Below are positions 15,052 through 25,048 of a stretch of 30,240 nucleotides of DNA, piece by piece; position 1 is the first letter of the stretch, and each line of letters starts with the position of its first letter. This DNA comes from a virus. Its lineage: Duplodnaviria; Caudoviricetes. The stretch is taken from the IMG/VR virus record IMGVR_UViG_3300012940_000080, positions 1-30,240 of that record. One strand, written 5' to 3'. The notes under the pieces are model-generated. The model searched no databases, had not been told where the DNA came from, and saw nothing but the letters and a program-made list of their open reading frames with translations. Made by a program: the position numbers and the translations under genes.

Positions 15052-18000
15052 GTGCCTGTCTCGTACGATCTGGGAACAGCCTACGGTAAGGTCGTCATCG
15101 ACTACGACGGCCAGGGCGTCGACCGCGCTACCACTGGTGTCAAGGGCCTCTCCCAGGAGGCGCAGGGTCTGACCCAGCGGGCTCGCGACGTCGGGCCCGC
15201 GCTCCGCACCGTCAGCAACACCGCGCTCGTCATGGGCGCAGCCATCACCGGCGGGTTCGCTCTCGCCGTGAAGTCCGCCTCGGACTTCGAGTTCCAGCTC
15301 TCGGCCATCCAGGCTGTGGGCGGCCTCACCTCCGACGAGATGGAGAAGGTCTCCGACGCGGCTCTCCGCATCGGCAAGGACACCATCTTCTCGGCGAGCG
15401 AGGCCGCCCTCGCCATGGAGGAACTCATCAAGGCGGGCATCTCTGCGGAGGACGTCCTCAACGGTGCCGCGGACGCGACGGTCGCCATCGCCGCGTCGGG
15501 CCAGGTCGCCCTGCCCGAAGCGGCAGCCATCGCCGCGGCGGCCCTCAACCAGTTCAAGCTCGGAGCTGAGGACCTCACTGACGTCGCCGACATCCTCGCC
15601 GGCGCGGCGAACGCCTCCGCCACGGGCGTGAGCGAGATCGGCCAGGCGCTGTCGTTCGTCGGCCCGACCGCCAACGCGGCTGGCCTCGACATCCGCGACG
15701 CGGCCACGGCCATCGCCCTCTTCGCGAACAACGGCATCGACGGTATGCGCGCCGGTACCGCGCTCCGTGGCCTCATCTCTACTCTCTCGTCGCCGACGCA
15801 GCAGGCACGTAAGCAGTTTGAGGCGCTCGGACTCATCACGGAGGAGAACGGGAACCAGTTCTTCGACGCGGCCGGCAAGATGAAGCCGATGAAGGAGGTC
15901 CTCCGGATCCTCCGAGACAACCTCGAGGGCATGACCAACGAGCAACTGCTGCAGTTCGCAGATGCTACCGTCGGCCGGGAGAACATGAGCTCCCTCGCGG
16001 CCATCGTGAACACTTCCGCTGCAGAGTTCGACGGCCTCGTCGCAGCGATCGACTCGGTCTCCGCCGCCGACGTCGCTGCACAGCGGCTCGACAACCTCGA
16101 GGGCAAGATCGAGGAGCTCCGCGGCAACATGGAGACCGCCGCGATCATGATCGGCAACGTGCTCATCCCGCACCTCGTCGACCTGACGAACTTCGTCATC
16201 GGCCTGTTCGACTGGTTCACGAACCTCGACGAGAGCACCCAGGGCCTCATCGTCACGATCGGTCTCCTCACCGGCGGCATCCTCCTCGGCATCGCGGGTG
16301 TCACCCGCATGATCATCGTGATGAACGAGCTCAAGCAGGCGATGATCGCGTTGAACATCGTGGGCGGGGTCACGCAGGCCATCAACAACTTCCGGGCTGG
16401 CATGGCCTCCTCCGCCGCAGCGGCGTCCGTCTTCTCGGGGGCGATGGGCACGCTCGGCGGTGTCGTCAGCGTCGTCACGGGCGCGATCACTCGGTTTACC
16501 ACCGCTCTCCTCAGGAACCCGATCACGCTCGTCGCTGTCGCCATCGCTGGTCTCATCGCGGCCATGATCGCGCTGTACCAGACCAGTGAAGAGTTCCGAG
16601 CGATCTTCGTGCCGGTGATCGAAGCGGCGCAGGCGGCGATGGAGAAGCTCCAGCCCGCGATCGACGCGATCATGGGCGCGGTGATGACGCTCGTCGACTC
16701 CGTCATCAGTGCCCTTGTGCCCGTGCTCGTGGCGCTCGCTGAGGCGATCGTTCCCATCATCGAGCTGCTCATCGGCATCCTCGCCCCGATCCTCGAGCTC
16801 GTCGCGAACATCCTCATCGCCGTCCTCGGTCCGGTCCTGCAGATCGTGGGCAAGCTCATCGAGGCGCTCGCGCCGATCATCCTCCTCCTGCTGCAGGCTA
16901 TCGAGCCGCTCATCGACCTCCTCATGATGATCCTCGTGCCCATCCTCGACGGGCTCGCGTGGGTGCTCGGCGTCGTGGCCGACGCGCTCAAGGTCGCCGC
17001 CGACTGGGTGAACGAGTTCTTCCAGGCGAACGAGGACGGGACGAGCCAAGCGACTGACGCGTGGGACGCGTTCGTCGGTTGGCTCACCGACGCGTGGCAG
17101 GCCGTCGTCGACTTCTTCCAGCCGACCATCGACGCCATCGTCGGCTTCTTCACCTGGATCGGCGACACCGCCACTGCGGTGTGGATGGGCATCATGGCGG
17201 TCGTCACGCCCGTCGTGCAGTGGTTCCAGACGTACGTCTCTCCGCTCATCGAAGCGGTCGTGAACCTCATCGCCAAGTGGTTCAACTTCCTGTGGTCGAC
17301 CGTGCAGTGGGTGTGGAACGGAATCGTCACTGCGATCGGCGCCGCGCTCGCGTGGTGGCAGGAGCATGTCGCTCCCGTCATCCAGGCCGTCGTCGACCTC
17401 GTTGTTGCGATCTTCAACTACCTGTGGTCGGTCGTCGAGTGGGTGTGGGGCCTCATCCAGCTCGGCATCCAGACGTTCCTCGACTGGTGGAACGCGAACG
17501 TCGCACCGGTCATCCAGACGGTGGTGGACCTCGTCGTGGGCTTCTTCACCGGCCTGTGGAACTCTGTCGTCGCCATCTGGGACGGCATCATGAACGCCAT
17601 CGGCACCGCGGTGGACGCGGCGTGGCAGTGGATCGTCGACGTCTTCGGCCCGGTCGTCCAGTGGTTCGAAGACACGTTCGGCCCGATCGTCGACACCGTG
17701 AGCGGGGTCTTCGACGACGTCATCTCGACCTTCACCGACCTCTACAACGACATCATGGACTTCTTCGCGGACGCGGGAGAGTGGCTCCTCGGGGTCGGCG
17801 AGGACATCATCGGCGGCCTCATCTCCGGCATCGAGGGAGCACTCGGCTGGCTCACTGACACCCTGAACGGGATCACGAACATGATCCCCGAGGAGAAGGG
17901 CCCGCCCGCCAAGGACAAGGTCCTCCTCGAGGAGTCGGGCTCGCTGATCATGCAGGGTCTCATCGCTGGCCTCCGCGAAGAGATCCCCGCCCTGCAAGCC

Positions 18001-18192
18001 CTGCTCGGCGGAGTCACTCTCGGCATCCCGAGCTCGATGCAAGCCAACCTCTCGGCGGCGATGGCCGGCCAGGGTGGAGACAGTCGCACGTTCATCTACA
18101 ACGCCGCACCCGGCGGCGCGCAGATCTCCGGAGAGGACGAGCTGTTCACGGCGATGAAGAGGAGTAAGGTGGTGGTTCCCGGATGGTCCTGA
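15052..18192 (+). CDS. Tape measure protein
   Basis: 1046 aa; TP901-type core (FSASEAALAMEELIKAG, AGTALRG); amphipathic 11-residue and Trp-containing repeats. Confidence 0.95.
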   Translation: MPVSYDLGTAYGKVVIDYDGQGVDRATTGVKGLSQEAQGLTQRARDVGPALRTVSNTALVMGAAITGGFALAVKSASDFEFQLSAIQAVGGLTSDEMEKVSDAALRIGKDTIFSASEAALAMEELIKAGISAEDVLNGAADATVAIAASGQVALPEAAAIAAAALNQFKLGAEDLTDVADILAGAANASATGVSEIGQALSFVGPTANAAGLDIRDAATAIALFANNGIDGMRAGTALRGLISTLSSPTQQARKQFEALGLITEENGNQFFDAAGKMKPMKEVLRILRDNLEGMTNEQLLQFADATVGRENMSSLAAIVNTSAAEFDGLVAAIDSVSAADVAAQRLDNLEGKIEELRGNMETAAIMIGNVLIPHLVDLTNFVIGLFDWFTNLDESTQGLIVTIGLLTGGILLGIAGVTRMIIVMNELKQAMIALNIVGGVTQAINNFRAGMASSAAAASVFSGAMGTLGGVVSVVTGAITRFTTALLRNPITLVAVAIAGLIAAMIALYQTSEEFRAIFVPVIEAAQAAMEKLQPAIDAIMGAVMTLVDSVISALVPVLVALAEAIVPIIELLIGILAPILELVANILIAVLGPVLQIVGKLIEALAPIILLLLQAIEPLIDLLMMILVPILDGLAWVLGVVADALKVAADWVNEFFQANEDGTSQATDAWDAFVGWLTDAWQAVVDFFQPTIDAIVGFFTWIGDTATAVWMGIMAVVTPVVQWFQTYVSPLIEAVVNLIAKWFNFLWSTVQWVWNGIVTAIGAALAWWQEHVAPVIQAVVDLVVAIFNYLWSVVEWVWGLIQLGIQTFLDWWNANVAPVIQTVVDLVVGFFTGLWNSVVAIWDGIMNAIGTAVDAAWQWIVDVFGPVVQWFEDTFGPIVDTVSGVFDDVISTFTDLYNDIMDFFADAGEWLLGVGEDIIGGLISGIEGALGWLTDTLNGITNMIPEEKGPPAKDKVLLEESGSLIMQGLIAGLREEIPALQALLGGVTLGIPSSMQANLSAAMAGQGGDSRTFIYNAAPGGAQISGEDELFTAMKRSKVVVPGWS

Positions 18193-19061
18193 TCCCGCAG
18201 CTGCGGCTCGAGAACAACGGAGATGTCATCGACGTCTCAACCTACCTGCCCGACGGGTTCCTCCAAGAGCTCGGCGCGCGCGGGTTCGGTGTCGCGCCCA
18301 CTCGGCTCAACATCCGAGAGGGTGCGGGCCCGGGCGGCCGGTGGAAGTCGACGAAGCGCCTGACGCGCGACATCGACCTCCCGCTCATCATCTTCGGCGA
18401 CACTCGCGCGGAGATCAAGACGAAGATGCACCGGCTCATCAAGCTGCTCAACGACACGTTCTCGGTGCCCACCCTCTACGTCGTCTACCCGGACGAGCCG
18501 GAGGTGTTCGTCAACGTGCACTACGGCGGCGGAGCTGACCCGGTCTTCGGCGTCGACACGAACCGCCGCACGTGGGCGCGCTGGACTCTCACGCTCCGCG
18601 CGCCGCAGCCGTACTGGACGAGCGTGCAGGCGCGCAACGCGTCGCTCCGTGCGGCGAACGCGGGACGCGGCCTCATCAAGGACACATCACTGTCGAAGCT
18701 GCGAGTCTCGTCGTCGCAGACCATCGGCACCTTCACCATCGTGAACCCGGGCGACGTCGACGCGTTCCCGGTGTGGACGATCGTGGGGCCGGGCGACACG
18801 TTCGCCGCTCACCGGGTGGCGGACGGTCTGGGCTTCACCTACGACGAGCCCATCACCAACCTCAACCCGATCACGGTCGACACGCGCCAGAAGACCGTTA
18901 GAGACGCTTCCGGCGAGAACATGTACGGGAACCTCGGCCCCGCGCCTAAGCTGTTCTCGCTCCCGCCTGGCACGTCTCAGGTCAGTGTCGAGCTGACGAA
19001 CAGCGACAGCGACTCCCTCGTGTCGCTCTACTTCCAGCCCCGGTACGAGCTGGTGTTCTGA
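18183..19061 (+). CDS. Distal tail protein (Dit-like)
   Basis: Follows tape measure; RDIDLPL, LRAPQPYW, NPGDVDAFPVWTIVGP, FSLPPG. Confidence 0.85.
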   Translation: MVLIPQLRLENNGDVIDVSTYLPDGFLQELGARGFGVAPTRLNIREGAGPGGRWKSTKRLTRDIDLPLIIFGDTRAEIKTKMHRLIKLLNDTFSVPTLYVVYPDEPEVFVNVHYGGGADPVFGVDTNRRTWARWTLTLRAPQPYWTSVQARNASLRAANAGRGLIKDTSLSKLRVSSSQTIGTFTIVNPGDVDAFPVWTIVGPGDTFAAHRVADGLGFTYDEPITNLNPITVDTRQKTVRDASGENMYGNLGPAPKLFSLPPGTSQVSVELTNSDSDSLVSLYFQPRYELVF

Positions 19062-20770
19062 TGAGGCCCGAAGACATCACCGTCGAGGTCCGGTCCCTCG
19101 CTCTCGGGCGGCTGGGTCAGGTGGACCTCGAGTACATCACCGACCTCAAGCTCATCAAGCGCTTCTGCAACGTCGGCGCGTGGACCATGTCCCTGCCCGT
19201 CGGCTTCTCTATGGGAGACGAGCTCGCGAAGCCCGGCCGCGGCATCACCGTGACAGGACCCAACGGGTTCCGCTTCTCCGGGCCCATGATCTCCGCCATT
19301 CACGTGCAGGACACTGACGACCCGATGGGCACATGGCAGTACACGGGTGCGGACGACAACATCTACCTGGCTGACTCTCTCGCGTTCCCGGAGCCGAGCA
19401 ACCCTGACGTCGAGACGCAGAGCGCGTCGCACGACGTCCGCACCGGCCTCGCCGAGGACGTGCTCCGCGGCTACGTCGACGCGAACATCGGATCCTCCGC
19501 CCCCAGCGAGCGGCAGGCCCTCGTGCCGTTCGCGCTCGGCACGTACGCGGGTGGCCTCGGTGCGGTCGTCACCGGCCGTGCCCGGTTCCCGCAGCTCGGC
19601 CAGCTCCTCTCAGACGTCGCCTCAGCTGGCGGCGTGGGGTTCGACATGGTGCAGGTGGGCAACGAGATCCAGTTCGTCGTCTACGAGCCCCAGGACCGCT
19701 CCGGCGAGATCCGCATGGACATCGACAACGACCTCCTCGACAAGGTCGAGTACGGGCTCGGCGCGCCGGGCGGCACTCGCTTCGTCGTCGCGGGCCAGGG
19801 GCAGGGTGTCGAGCGTCGGATCATCCAGGTCACTGACGCGCTCGCCGCCGCTGCTGAGGAGCTGTGGGGTCGGCGCGTCGAGGTCTTCAAGGACCGGCGA
19901 GACACTGACGACGACAACGAGCTCGTGCAGGAGGGCACCGAGGGCGTCCAGACCAACGGGCGCACGATCACGAGCCTCGCGGTGACCCCCGCCGACGACA
20001 CGACGATGGTGTACGGGAAGGACTGGTTCCTCGGCGACATCGTCACTGTCGTAGTGGGTGGGCAGGAGCTGCAGACGATCGTCACCGAGGCGATCATCTC
20101 CATCTCCGAGGACGGCGTCCTCACCGCTGCCACCATCGGCGACCCCACCGGCTTCGACTACGAGAGCAAGCTCGCAGTGAAGCAGGAGCAGCAGGAGCAG
20201 CGACTCGCGTTCCTCGAGAAGAACGCGGAGAGCGTGTCGCAGGCTGACCTCGCCGCACTCATTCCGGCCGGAATGATCATGCCTACCGCTCTCGCATCAG
20301 CACCGCCGGGGTGGCTCCTATGCGACGGGTCGGCGGTCTCCCGAACGACCTACGCCGACCTCTTCGCCGCCATCGGGACGACCTTCGGAGCGGGCAACGG
20401 CAGCACGACCTTCAACGTCCCGAACCTGAAGGGCCGGATGCCTGTCGGCATCGACACGGCGCAGACCGAGTTCGACACACGAGGCGAGACCGGAGGACAG
20501 AAGACCGTAACGCTCACGGCTGCTCAGTCCGGTTCTCCGGCGCACGCGCACTCTCTCCCTGGCCACACCTTCAACTGGGGCACTGGCTACCCGTCGAACA
20601 CCGTGTACGCGGCCAACGCCATCGCGACGGCAGGAAGTCCGCCGAGCAACAACCTGACCACGCGACAGAACTTCTTCAATCAGAGCAATAACAGCACGGC
20701 GGTCGGGGCCTCTCAGGCGCACGAGAACATGCCGCCGTACATGGCGATGCACTACTGCATCAAGACGTAA
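19061..20770 (+). CDS. Baseplate hub / Gp37-like minor tail protein fused to a tail-collar domain
   Basis: RFCNVGAW, VAGQGQG, YGKDWFLGDIVTV; C-terminal PPGWLLCDGSAVSRTTYADLFAAIG...PNLKGR...HENMPPY. Confidence 0.85.
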   Translation: MRPEDITVEVRSLALGRLGQVDLEYITDLKLIKRFCNVGAWTMSLPVGFSMGDELAKPGRGITVTGPNGFRFSGPMISAIHVQDTDDPMGTWQYTGADDNIYLADSLAFPEPSNPDVETQSASHDVRTGLAEDVLRGYVDANIGSSAPSERQALVPFALGTYAGGLGAVVTGRARFPQLGQLLSDVASAGGVGFDMVQVGNEIQFVVYEPQDRSGEIRMDIDNDLLDKVEYGLGAPGGTRFVVAGQGQGVERRIIQVTDALAAAAEELWGRRVEVFKDRRDTDDDNELVQEGTEGVQTNGRTITSLAVTPADDTTMVYGKDWFLGDIVTVVVGGQELQTIVTEAIISISEDGVLTAATIGDPTGFDYESKLAVKQEQQEQRLAFLEKNAESVSQADLAALIPAGMIMPTALASAPPGWLLCDGSAVSRTTYADLFAAIGTTFGAGNGSTTFNVPNLKGRMPVGIDTAQTEFDTRGETGGQKTVTLTAAQSGSPAHAHSLPGHTFNWGTGYPSNTVYAANAIATAGSPPSNNLTTRQNFFNQSNNSTAVGASQAHENMPPYMAMHYCIKT

Positions 20771-20780
20771 GTGACTGTGA

Positions 20781-20791
20781 TGTTGTACTAT
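20781..20791 (+). promoter_or_regulatory. Candidate late promoter TGTTG-TACTAT
   Basis: AT-rich gap before the distal tail and lysis genes; third copy of the motif. Confidence 0.5.
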
Positions 20792-20816
20792 CGTAGAGAG
20801 AAGAGAGGTGACCGCG

Positions 20817-21530
20817 ATGGCTGAGACCTCGTGGCCGTTCGACCCGGACGACACCACCGAAGTCCAGTACTCCCAGATCTTCCGGAGGCTGGTCAGCTCG
20901 GGGGTCTGGGGCACGCCCAGCGACACCGAGCTCAAGGTGTTCGCTGACTCATCCGGCATGAAGGTGAAGCTCCCTGCCGGCTTCGCCTTCGTCCGTGGGC
21001 ACATGTACTGGAACAGCGCGGAGCTGGAGCTCGACATCTCGACCGCGGACTCCTCCGCTCGCGTCGACTCGGTCGTGCTCACGCTCGACCCTTCCGCGAA
21101 CGAGATCGTCGCGGAGGTGCTCCCGGGGACACCCGGCTCGTCCACTCCGCCCGCGCTCACGCTGGACGACGCGGGCATCTACCAGGTGCGACTGGCGAAC
21201 GTCGCGGTGGGCGCGTCCGTCTCGACTATCTCGTCCGGAGACGTCACTGACGTGCGGTCGTTCGCGGGGCAGGACTTCGGGCTGTGGACGACCGCGAACC
21301 GGCCCGCGTCTCCCCGCCTGGGGCAGCCCGGGTACAACACGTCGCTCTCCCGACCCGAGTACTGGGACGGCTCGACGTGGAAGTCGTTCATCATCACGTC
21401 AGTCACTGCGAGCATGATCTCCGACCAGGGCAACATCACGGCGGGCAACTCGCTGAAGGTCGGGGGTCGGTCCATCTGGGTCCAGGCGACTGACCCGGGC
21501 GGGGCAGACGGCGACCTCTGGTTCTGGTGA
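20817..21530 (+). CDS. Minor tail protein
   Basis: MAETSWPFD, VFADSSGMKVK, RVDSVVL, ISSGDVTDVR; ends GDLWFW. Start could be GTG 20808. Confidence 0.8.
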   Translation: MAETSWPFDPDDTTEVQYSQIFRRLVSSGVWGTPSDTELKVFADSSGMKVKLPAGFAFVRGHMYWNSAELELDISTADSSARVDSVVLTLDPSANEIVAEVLPGTPGSSTPPALTLDDAGIYQVRLANVAVGASVSTISSGDVTDVRSFAGQDFGLWTTANRPASPRLGQPGYNTSLSRPEYWDGSTWKSFIITSVTASMISDQGNITAGNSLKVGGRSIWVQATDPGGADGDLWFW

Positions 21531-21534
21531 CCCT

Positions 21535-22290
21535 ATGCCTACGACAGCTTTCCGAGGCGGGTCAGGCGGTGGTACTGGTTCGGCGTACATGGCCTGGCCT
21601 GGCCACTTCGTCTACGACACTATCTCCTGGCCCACCGGGAACCTCGACATCAACGGCAACAGGCCCGTCGTCATCACAAGTGTCATCCCCGACCCTGGCA
21701 CCACGGGTGTCTCGTCAGCCACCGTGTCGTCCGACGGCTACGTCCGGCTCTATACCGCGAACCGCATCGACTTCAAGCGCAACACGGGCGCGGGCGGCGT
21801 GATCACGAGCTCGAAGGACGGCTACACGTGGAACGGCGCCCTCACGGGTTACTTCACGTGGGCGACCGTTGCGACGATGCCAACGGGCATCTCGCCCGTG
21901 CGCACGGGGCGCAACGTCACTGTCACGATCGCCGGCTCGTCGTCCAACGGTGACTCGTCCATCTCCTCCTACCAGGTCCAGTACCGCTCGCGCGACATCG
22001 GCGGCGCCTGGTCCGCCTGGGGCAACACGCGGACGATCTCCGGATCGGCCACGACCTACACCAACCTCACGGCCGGTAAGGAGTACCAGTTCCGGACCTT
22101 CGCGAACAACGGGGTGGGCACGAGCCAGGCCCGCGAGTCGAGCGTCCTCTTCGTCCCGGCTGGCGGGAAGCGCAGGGTCGGTGGGACCTACCAGGTGGCG
22201 ACGATCGCACGTAGGAAGAGCGGTGGCTCGTGGGTTGACCTGACCACCGCGAAGCGCCGCGAGTCGGGTGCCTACGTCAACCTGTCTTAG
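21535..22290 (+). CDS. Minor tail / receptor-binding protein with fibronectin type III domain
   Basis: SNGDSSISSYQVQY...YTNLTAGKEYQFRTFANNGVGTS FN3 signature. Confidence 0.8.
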   Translation: MPTTAFRGGSGGGTGSAYMAWPGHFVYDTISWPTGNLDINGNRPVVITSVIPDPGTTGVSSATVSSDGYVRLYTANRIDFKRNTGAGGVITSSKDGYTWNGALTGYFTWATVATMPTGISPVRTGRNVTVTIAGSSSNGDSSISSYQVQYRSRDIGGAWSAWGNTRTISGSATTYTNLTAGKEYQFRTFANNGVGTSQARESSVLFVPAGGKRRVGGTYQVATIARRKSGGSWVDLTTAKRRESGAYVNLS

Positions 22291-22303
22291 GAGGTGAAGA
22301 GCG

Positions 22304-22735
22304 GTGAAGAAGACAGTGTTCCAGAGGGTGCCAGCGGGGTCACACCCGAACGAGCTCCTCGCGGCGTGGTTCGCCCGCGGCATGGCGATCAAGTACACGG
22401 TCTACGTCGTGTGGGCCGCACTGACGTTCAGCCTCAGCGCGCCTCACCTGCTAGAGTCGCAGGGTGAGCTGTGGGACGGGGTGTTCAGCCTGATGACTCT
22501 GCTCGGGTCCGCACTCGCCGCCGTGGGCGCGACGTTCTTCCCGCGTACGGGTCGCCTCGAGATGTTCGCGGGCTCAGCGGTTATCGGCCTCATCGCCACG
22601 TACGTCGTCCTCGGCCTCGCCGGGGGCGGTACAGCGCGCGGTGCCATCCTCGTCGGCTCTCTCCTCGTGATGCCCGCCATCCGCACTGTGTGGATCTACC
22701 GAACTCTCATCCGGACGGCCGAGAAGAGCTCGTGA
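22304..22735 (+). CDS. Multi-pass membrane protein (about 4 TM)
   Basis: RBS AGGAGGTG; four hydrophobic segments; start of the lysis region. Confidence 0.75.
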   Translation: MKKTVFQRVPAGSHPNELLAAWFARGMAIKYTVYVVWAALTFSLSAPHLLESQGELWDGVFSLMTLLGSALAAVGATFFPRTGRLEMFAGSAVIGLIATYVVLGLAGGGTARGAILVGSLLVMPAIRTVWIYRTLIRTAEKSS

Positions 22736-23217
22736 TGGACTGGTCGATCTTCGCCACTGTCGTCTCGGTCATCGCGGCGGCCATCGGCCTGCCCGGGCTC
22801 ATCCTCTTCTTCCTCAACCGCAAGGACGCCAACCGTAAGCTCGACCTCGAGGCAGGGTCACTGACGGTCGACCAGTTCCAGGCTCAGACCGCCGCGTACC
22901 AGGACCTCCTCGACCGAGCCAACGCCGCCCTCTCCGAAGCGAACTCGAAGCTCGCCGAGGCGGTCACTCAGATCGACGACTTCAAGGAGGAGCGCGAGGA
23001 GCTGCAGCGGAAGGTCAGCGACCTCGAGAAGGCGGTCGCCGACCTCGAGAGGGCGGACACTGAGAAGACGCACCAGCTTACCGACACCAACACGAAGCTC
23101 GACCGGCTGCGGACCCTGTTCACGTCCGTGGTCGACCGTGCGAAGATCGAGCTCACTTACGAGGAGCGGCGGATCTTCGAGGAGACACAGCCAGTCGTTC
23201 GACACGGGCGACGCTGA
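22735..23217 (+). CDS. Membrane protein with N-terminal TM and coiled coil
   Basis: TGATG-coupled start; IFATVVSVIAAAIGLPGLILFFL followed by heptads. Confidence 0.8.
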   Translation: MDWSIFATVVSVIAAAIGLPGLILFFLNRKDANRKLDLEAGSLTVDQFQAQTAAYQDLLDRANAALSEANSKLAEAVTQIDDFKEEREELQRKVSDLEKAVADLERADTEKTHQLTDTNTKLDRLRTLFTSVVDRAKIELTYEERRIFEETQPVVRHGRR

Positions 23218-23235
23218 CGAAGGAGGATGATCGAA

Positions 23236-23400
23236 GTGGCACAGTTCGACCCACTCACCGAACCCGACCCCGACACGGGTCGCGTCGGTGAAGACGGGCA
23301 GGCCGACCGCGCAGCCGAAGTGCAGCGCATGATCGACCGCATGCGTGACCCCAGCGACCCGTACAACGGCGAGCACGAGGAAGAGGGGCCGGGCGAATGA
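23236..23400 (+). CDS. Small acidic hypothetical protein (54 aa)
   Basis: GTG at 23236 after AGGAGGA; MAQFDPLTEPDPDTG...EEEGPGE; ATGA-coupled to endolysin; absent from the ORF track. Confidence 0.65.
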   Translation: MAQFDPLTEPDPDTGRVGEDGQADRAAEVQRMIDRMRDPSDPYNGEHEEEGPGE

Positions 23401-25022
23401 CTCACTCACCCCTCACCAACGAGATCCGTCTCTCGCGCCAGTACAGCTCGCGCAACGGGGTCAAGCGGGACATGGTGCTCTGGCACCACACGGCCTCCGT
23501 CTCCGGGCGGGGCGAGGGTGTCGTCATGATGATGGTGAACGCGACCCGAGAGGTCAGCGCGAACTACGTCATCGGATCCGACGGCTACGTGTGGTGCGTC
23601 GTCGACGAGGACTTCCGCGCGTGGACCTCCGGCTCGTCGACCGACGGCGGCAAGGGCGCAGCGTTCGACCGACGGAGCAACACGCTGGAGTGCGTCAACT
23701 CCACGGGAGCCCCGACATGGCTCCAGTCCGAGGCGTTCTACAACATCGCAGCGCGACTGGCCGTCGACTTCTACCAGCGCTACGGCATCCCGCTCGACCG
23801 TGACCACCACGTCGGACACCGGGAGCTGTACATCCGGTGGGGCGCCTCGTACGCGACCGCGTGCCCGGGTGGCATGGACATCGACCGCATCCTCGCGATG
23901 GCCAAGTCCCTGCTGGACCCGGCTGCCGTGGAGCGCGAGAAGGCTGCCGTCCGGGCTGTCGGCAAGTACCTCAACATGCTGTCGGCAGCAGGACTCGGGG
24001 CCGAGTTCGGCAAGCCCGGTCTCCAGACGGCAGCCGCCGAGGACGGCATCGCCATCGACCCGGGTGAGACCTACTCGCGCTACTACCACCTCGTGCAGAT
24101 GTGGGGGCGCAAGTACCGCCCCGACGTCTACACGACGGCGCACTCCATCGACGGGATCGTCGGACCGACGACTCGTCAGGTCGAGCAGATCATCCGCGGC
24201 CTCGTCGCCGCGGGCACCGCTCCCGGCCAGGAGCCGCCGAAGCCGGTCGTCGTCACGGAGGGGTCGACCGTCTCTGTGACGAGTGCCCTGCCCGTGTACC
24301 CGTCCGCGGCGAAGGCGAAGGCAGGGAGCGGGTCGACTGCGACCTACCAGCCCGGCTCGTACAGCGTCTACAAGGTCTACGGCCAGGCCGTGAACATCAC
24401 CAAGACGCCGGGCAAGGCGGGCGGCTGGGTCATGGCCTCGACGCTCAAGGTGCTCACGAACGAGTGGCTCGTCGTCTTCGACCGAGCCGACGGCTCCGAC
24501 CTGCTGAGCGCCGTCGAAGTCGCGCAGGGTGCGACGGTCGCGAAGCCCGCCGACCCGGTGCGCGAGGGCTACGAGTTCGCCGGCTGGTTCAGCGGCGACG
24601 CGCCCTACGACTTCGAGGCGAAGGTCACGAAGGACGTCGAGCTCGTGGCACGGTGGCTGGAGGTCGTCTACCACACGGTGACGTTCGACTACGACAACGG
24701 GACGGTCGTCACCGTCCAGGTCCGCGAGGGTGACCCCGTGCCGGACCCGGGCGACGCCATCCCGGGTGTCGGCGAGGAGTTCGTCGGCTGGTTCCTCGGC
24801 GAGGAGCCGTATGACTTCACCGCTCCCGTGAGTGAGCCGGTGACGATCACGGCTCACTACGAGGAGGCCACGGTGGACCCCGAGCCCGAGCCCGAGCCCG
24901 ATCCCGACCCGGAACCCGAGCCGGAGGAGCCCACCAAGCCCTCCATCTCGGTGGGTGGCCTCTTCGGCCTCATCGGCGCGATCGTCGCAGCGGTCGTCGC
25001 ACTCATCCTGTCGTCGCACTGA
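23397..25022 (+). CDS. Endolysin: amidase-2, cell-wall binding modules, two InlB B-repeat (Flg_new)-like domains, C-terminal TM
   Basis: WHHTAS, VSANYVIG, AWTSG, VGHRE...TACPG; KPADPVREGYEFAGWF and FVGWFLGEEPYDFTAPV repeats; PE/PD linker; GLFGLIGAIVAAVVALIL. Confidence 0.88.
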   Translation: MTHSPLTNEIRLSRQYSSRNGVKRDMVLWHHTASVSGRGEGVVMMMVNATREVSANYVIGSDGYVWCVVDEDFRAWTSGSSTDGGKGAAFDRRSNTLECVNSTGAPTWLQSEAFYNIAARLAVDFYQRYGIPLDRDHHVGHRELYIRWGASYATACPGGMDIDRILAMAKSLLDPAAVEREKAAVRAVGKYLNMLSAAGLGAEFGKPGLQTAAAEDGIAIDPGETYSRYYHLVQMWGRKYRPDVYTTAHSIDGIVGPTTRQVEQIIRGLVAAGTAPGQEPPKPVVVTEGSTVSVTSALPVYPSAAKAKAGSGSTATYQPGSYSVYKVYGQAVNITKTPGKAGGWVMASTLKVLTNEWLVVFDRADGSDLLSAVEVAQGATVAKPADPVREGYEFAGWFSGDAPYDFEAKVTKDVELVARWLEVVYHTVTFDYDNGTVVTVQVREGDPVPDPGDAIPGVGEEFVGWFLGEEPYDFTAPVSEPVTITAHYEEATVDPEPEPEPDPDPEPEPEEPTKPSISVGGLFGLIGAIVAAVVALILSSH

Positions 25023-25048
25023 CGACACAACAAGAAAGAGAGAAGAAC

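Noticed and set aside
16600-17800. 11-residue and 44-residue repeats in the tape measure protein
   Set aside because: Ordinary amphipathic tape measure periodicity.
14941-18042. Long antisense and alternate-frame ORFs (1033 aa, 771 aa; also 1541-2932, 9762-11234, 23406-25061)
   Set aside because: Shadow ORFs expected from GC3-rich codon usage opposite real genes; no motifs or RBS.
24878-24930. GAGCCC/GACCCG short tandem repeats
   Set aside because: They encode the Pro-Glu/Asp linker of the endolysin; not a CRISPR or regulatory array.
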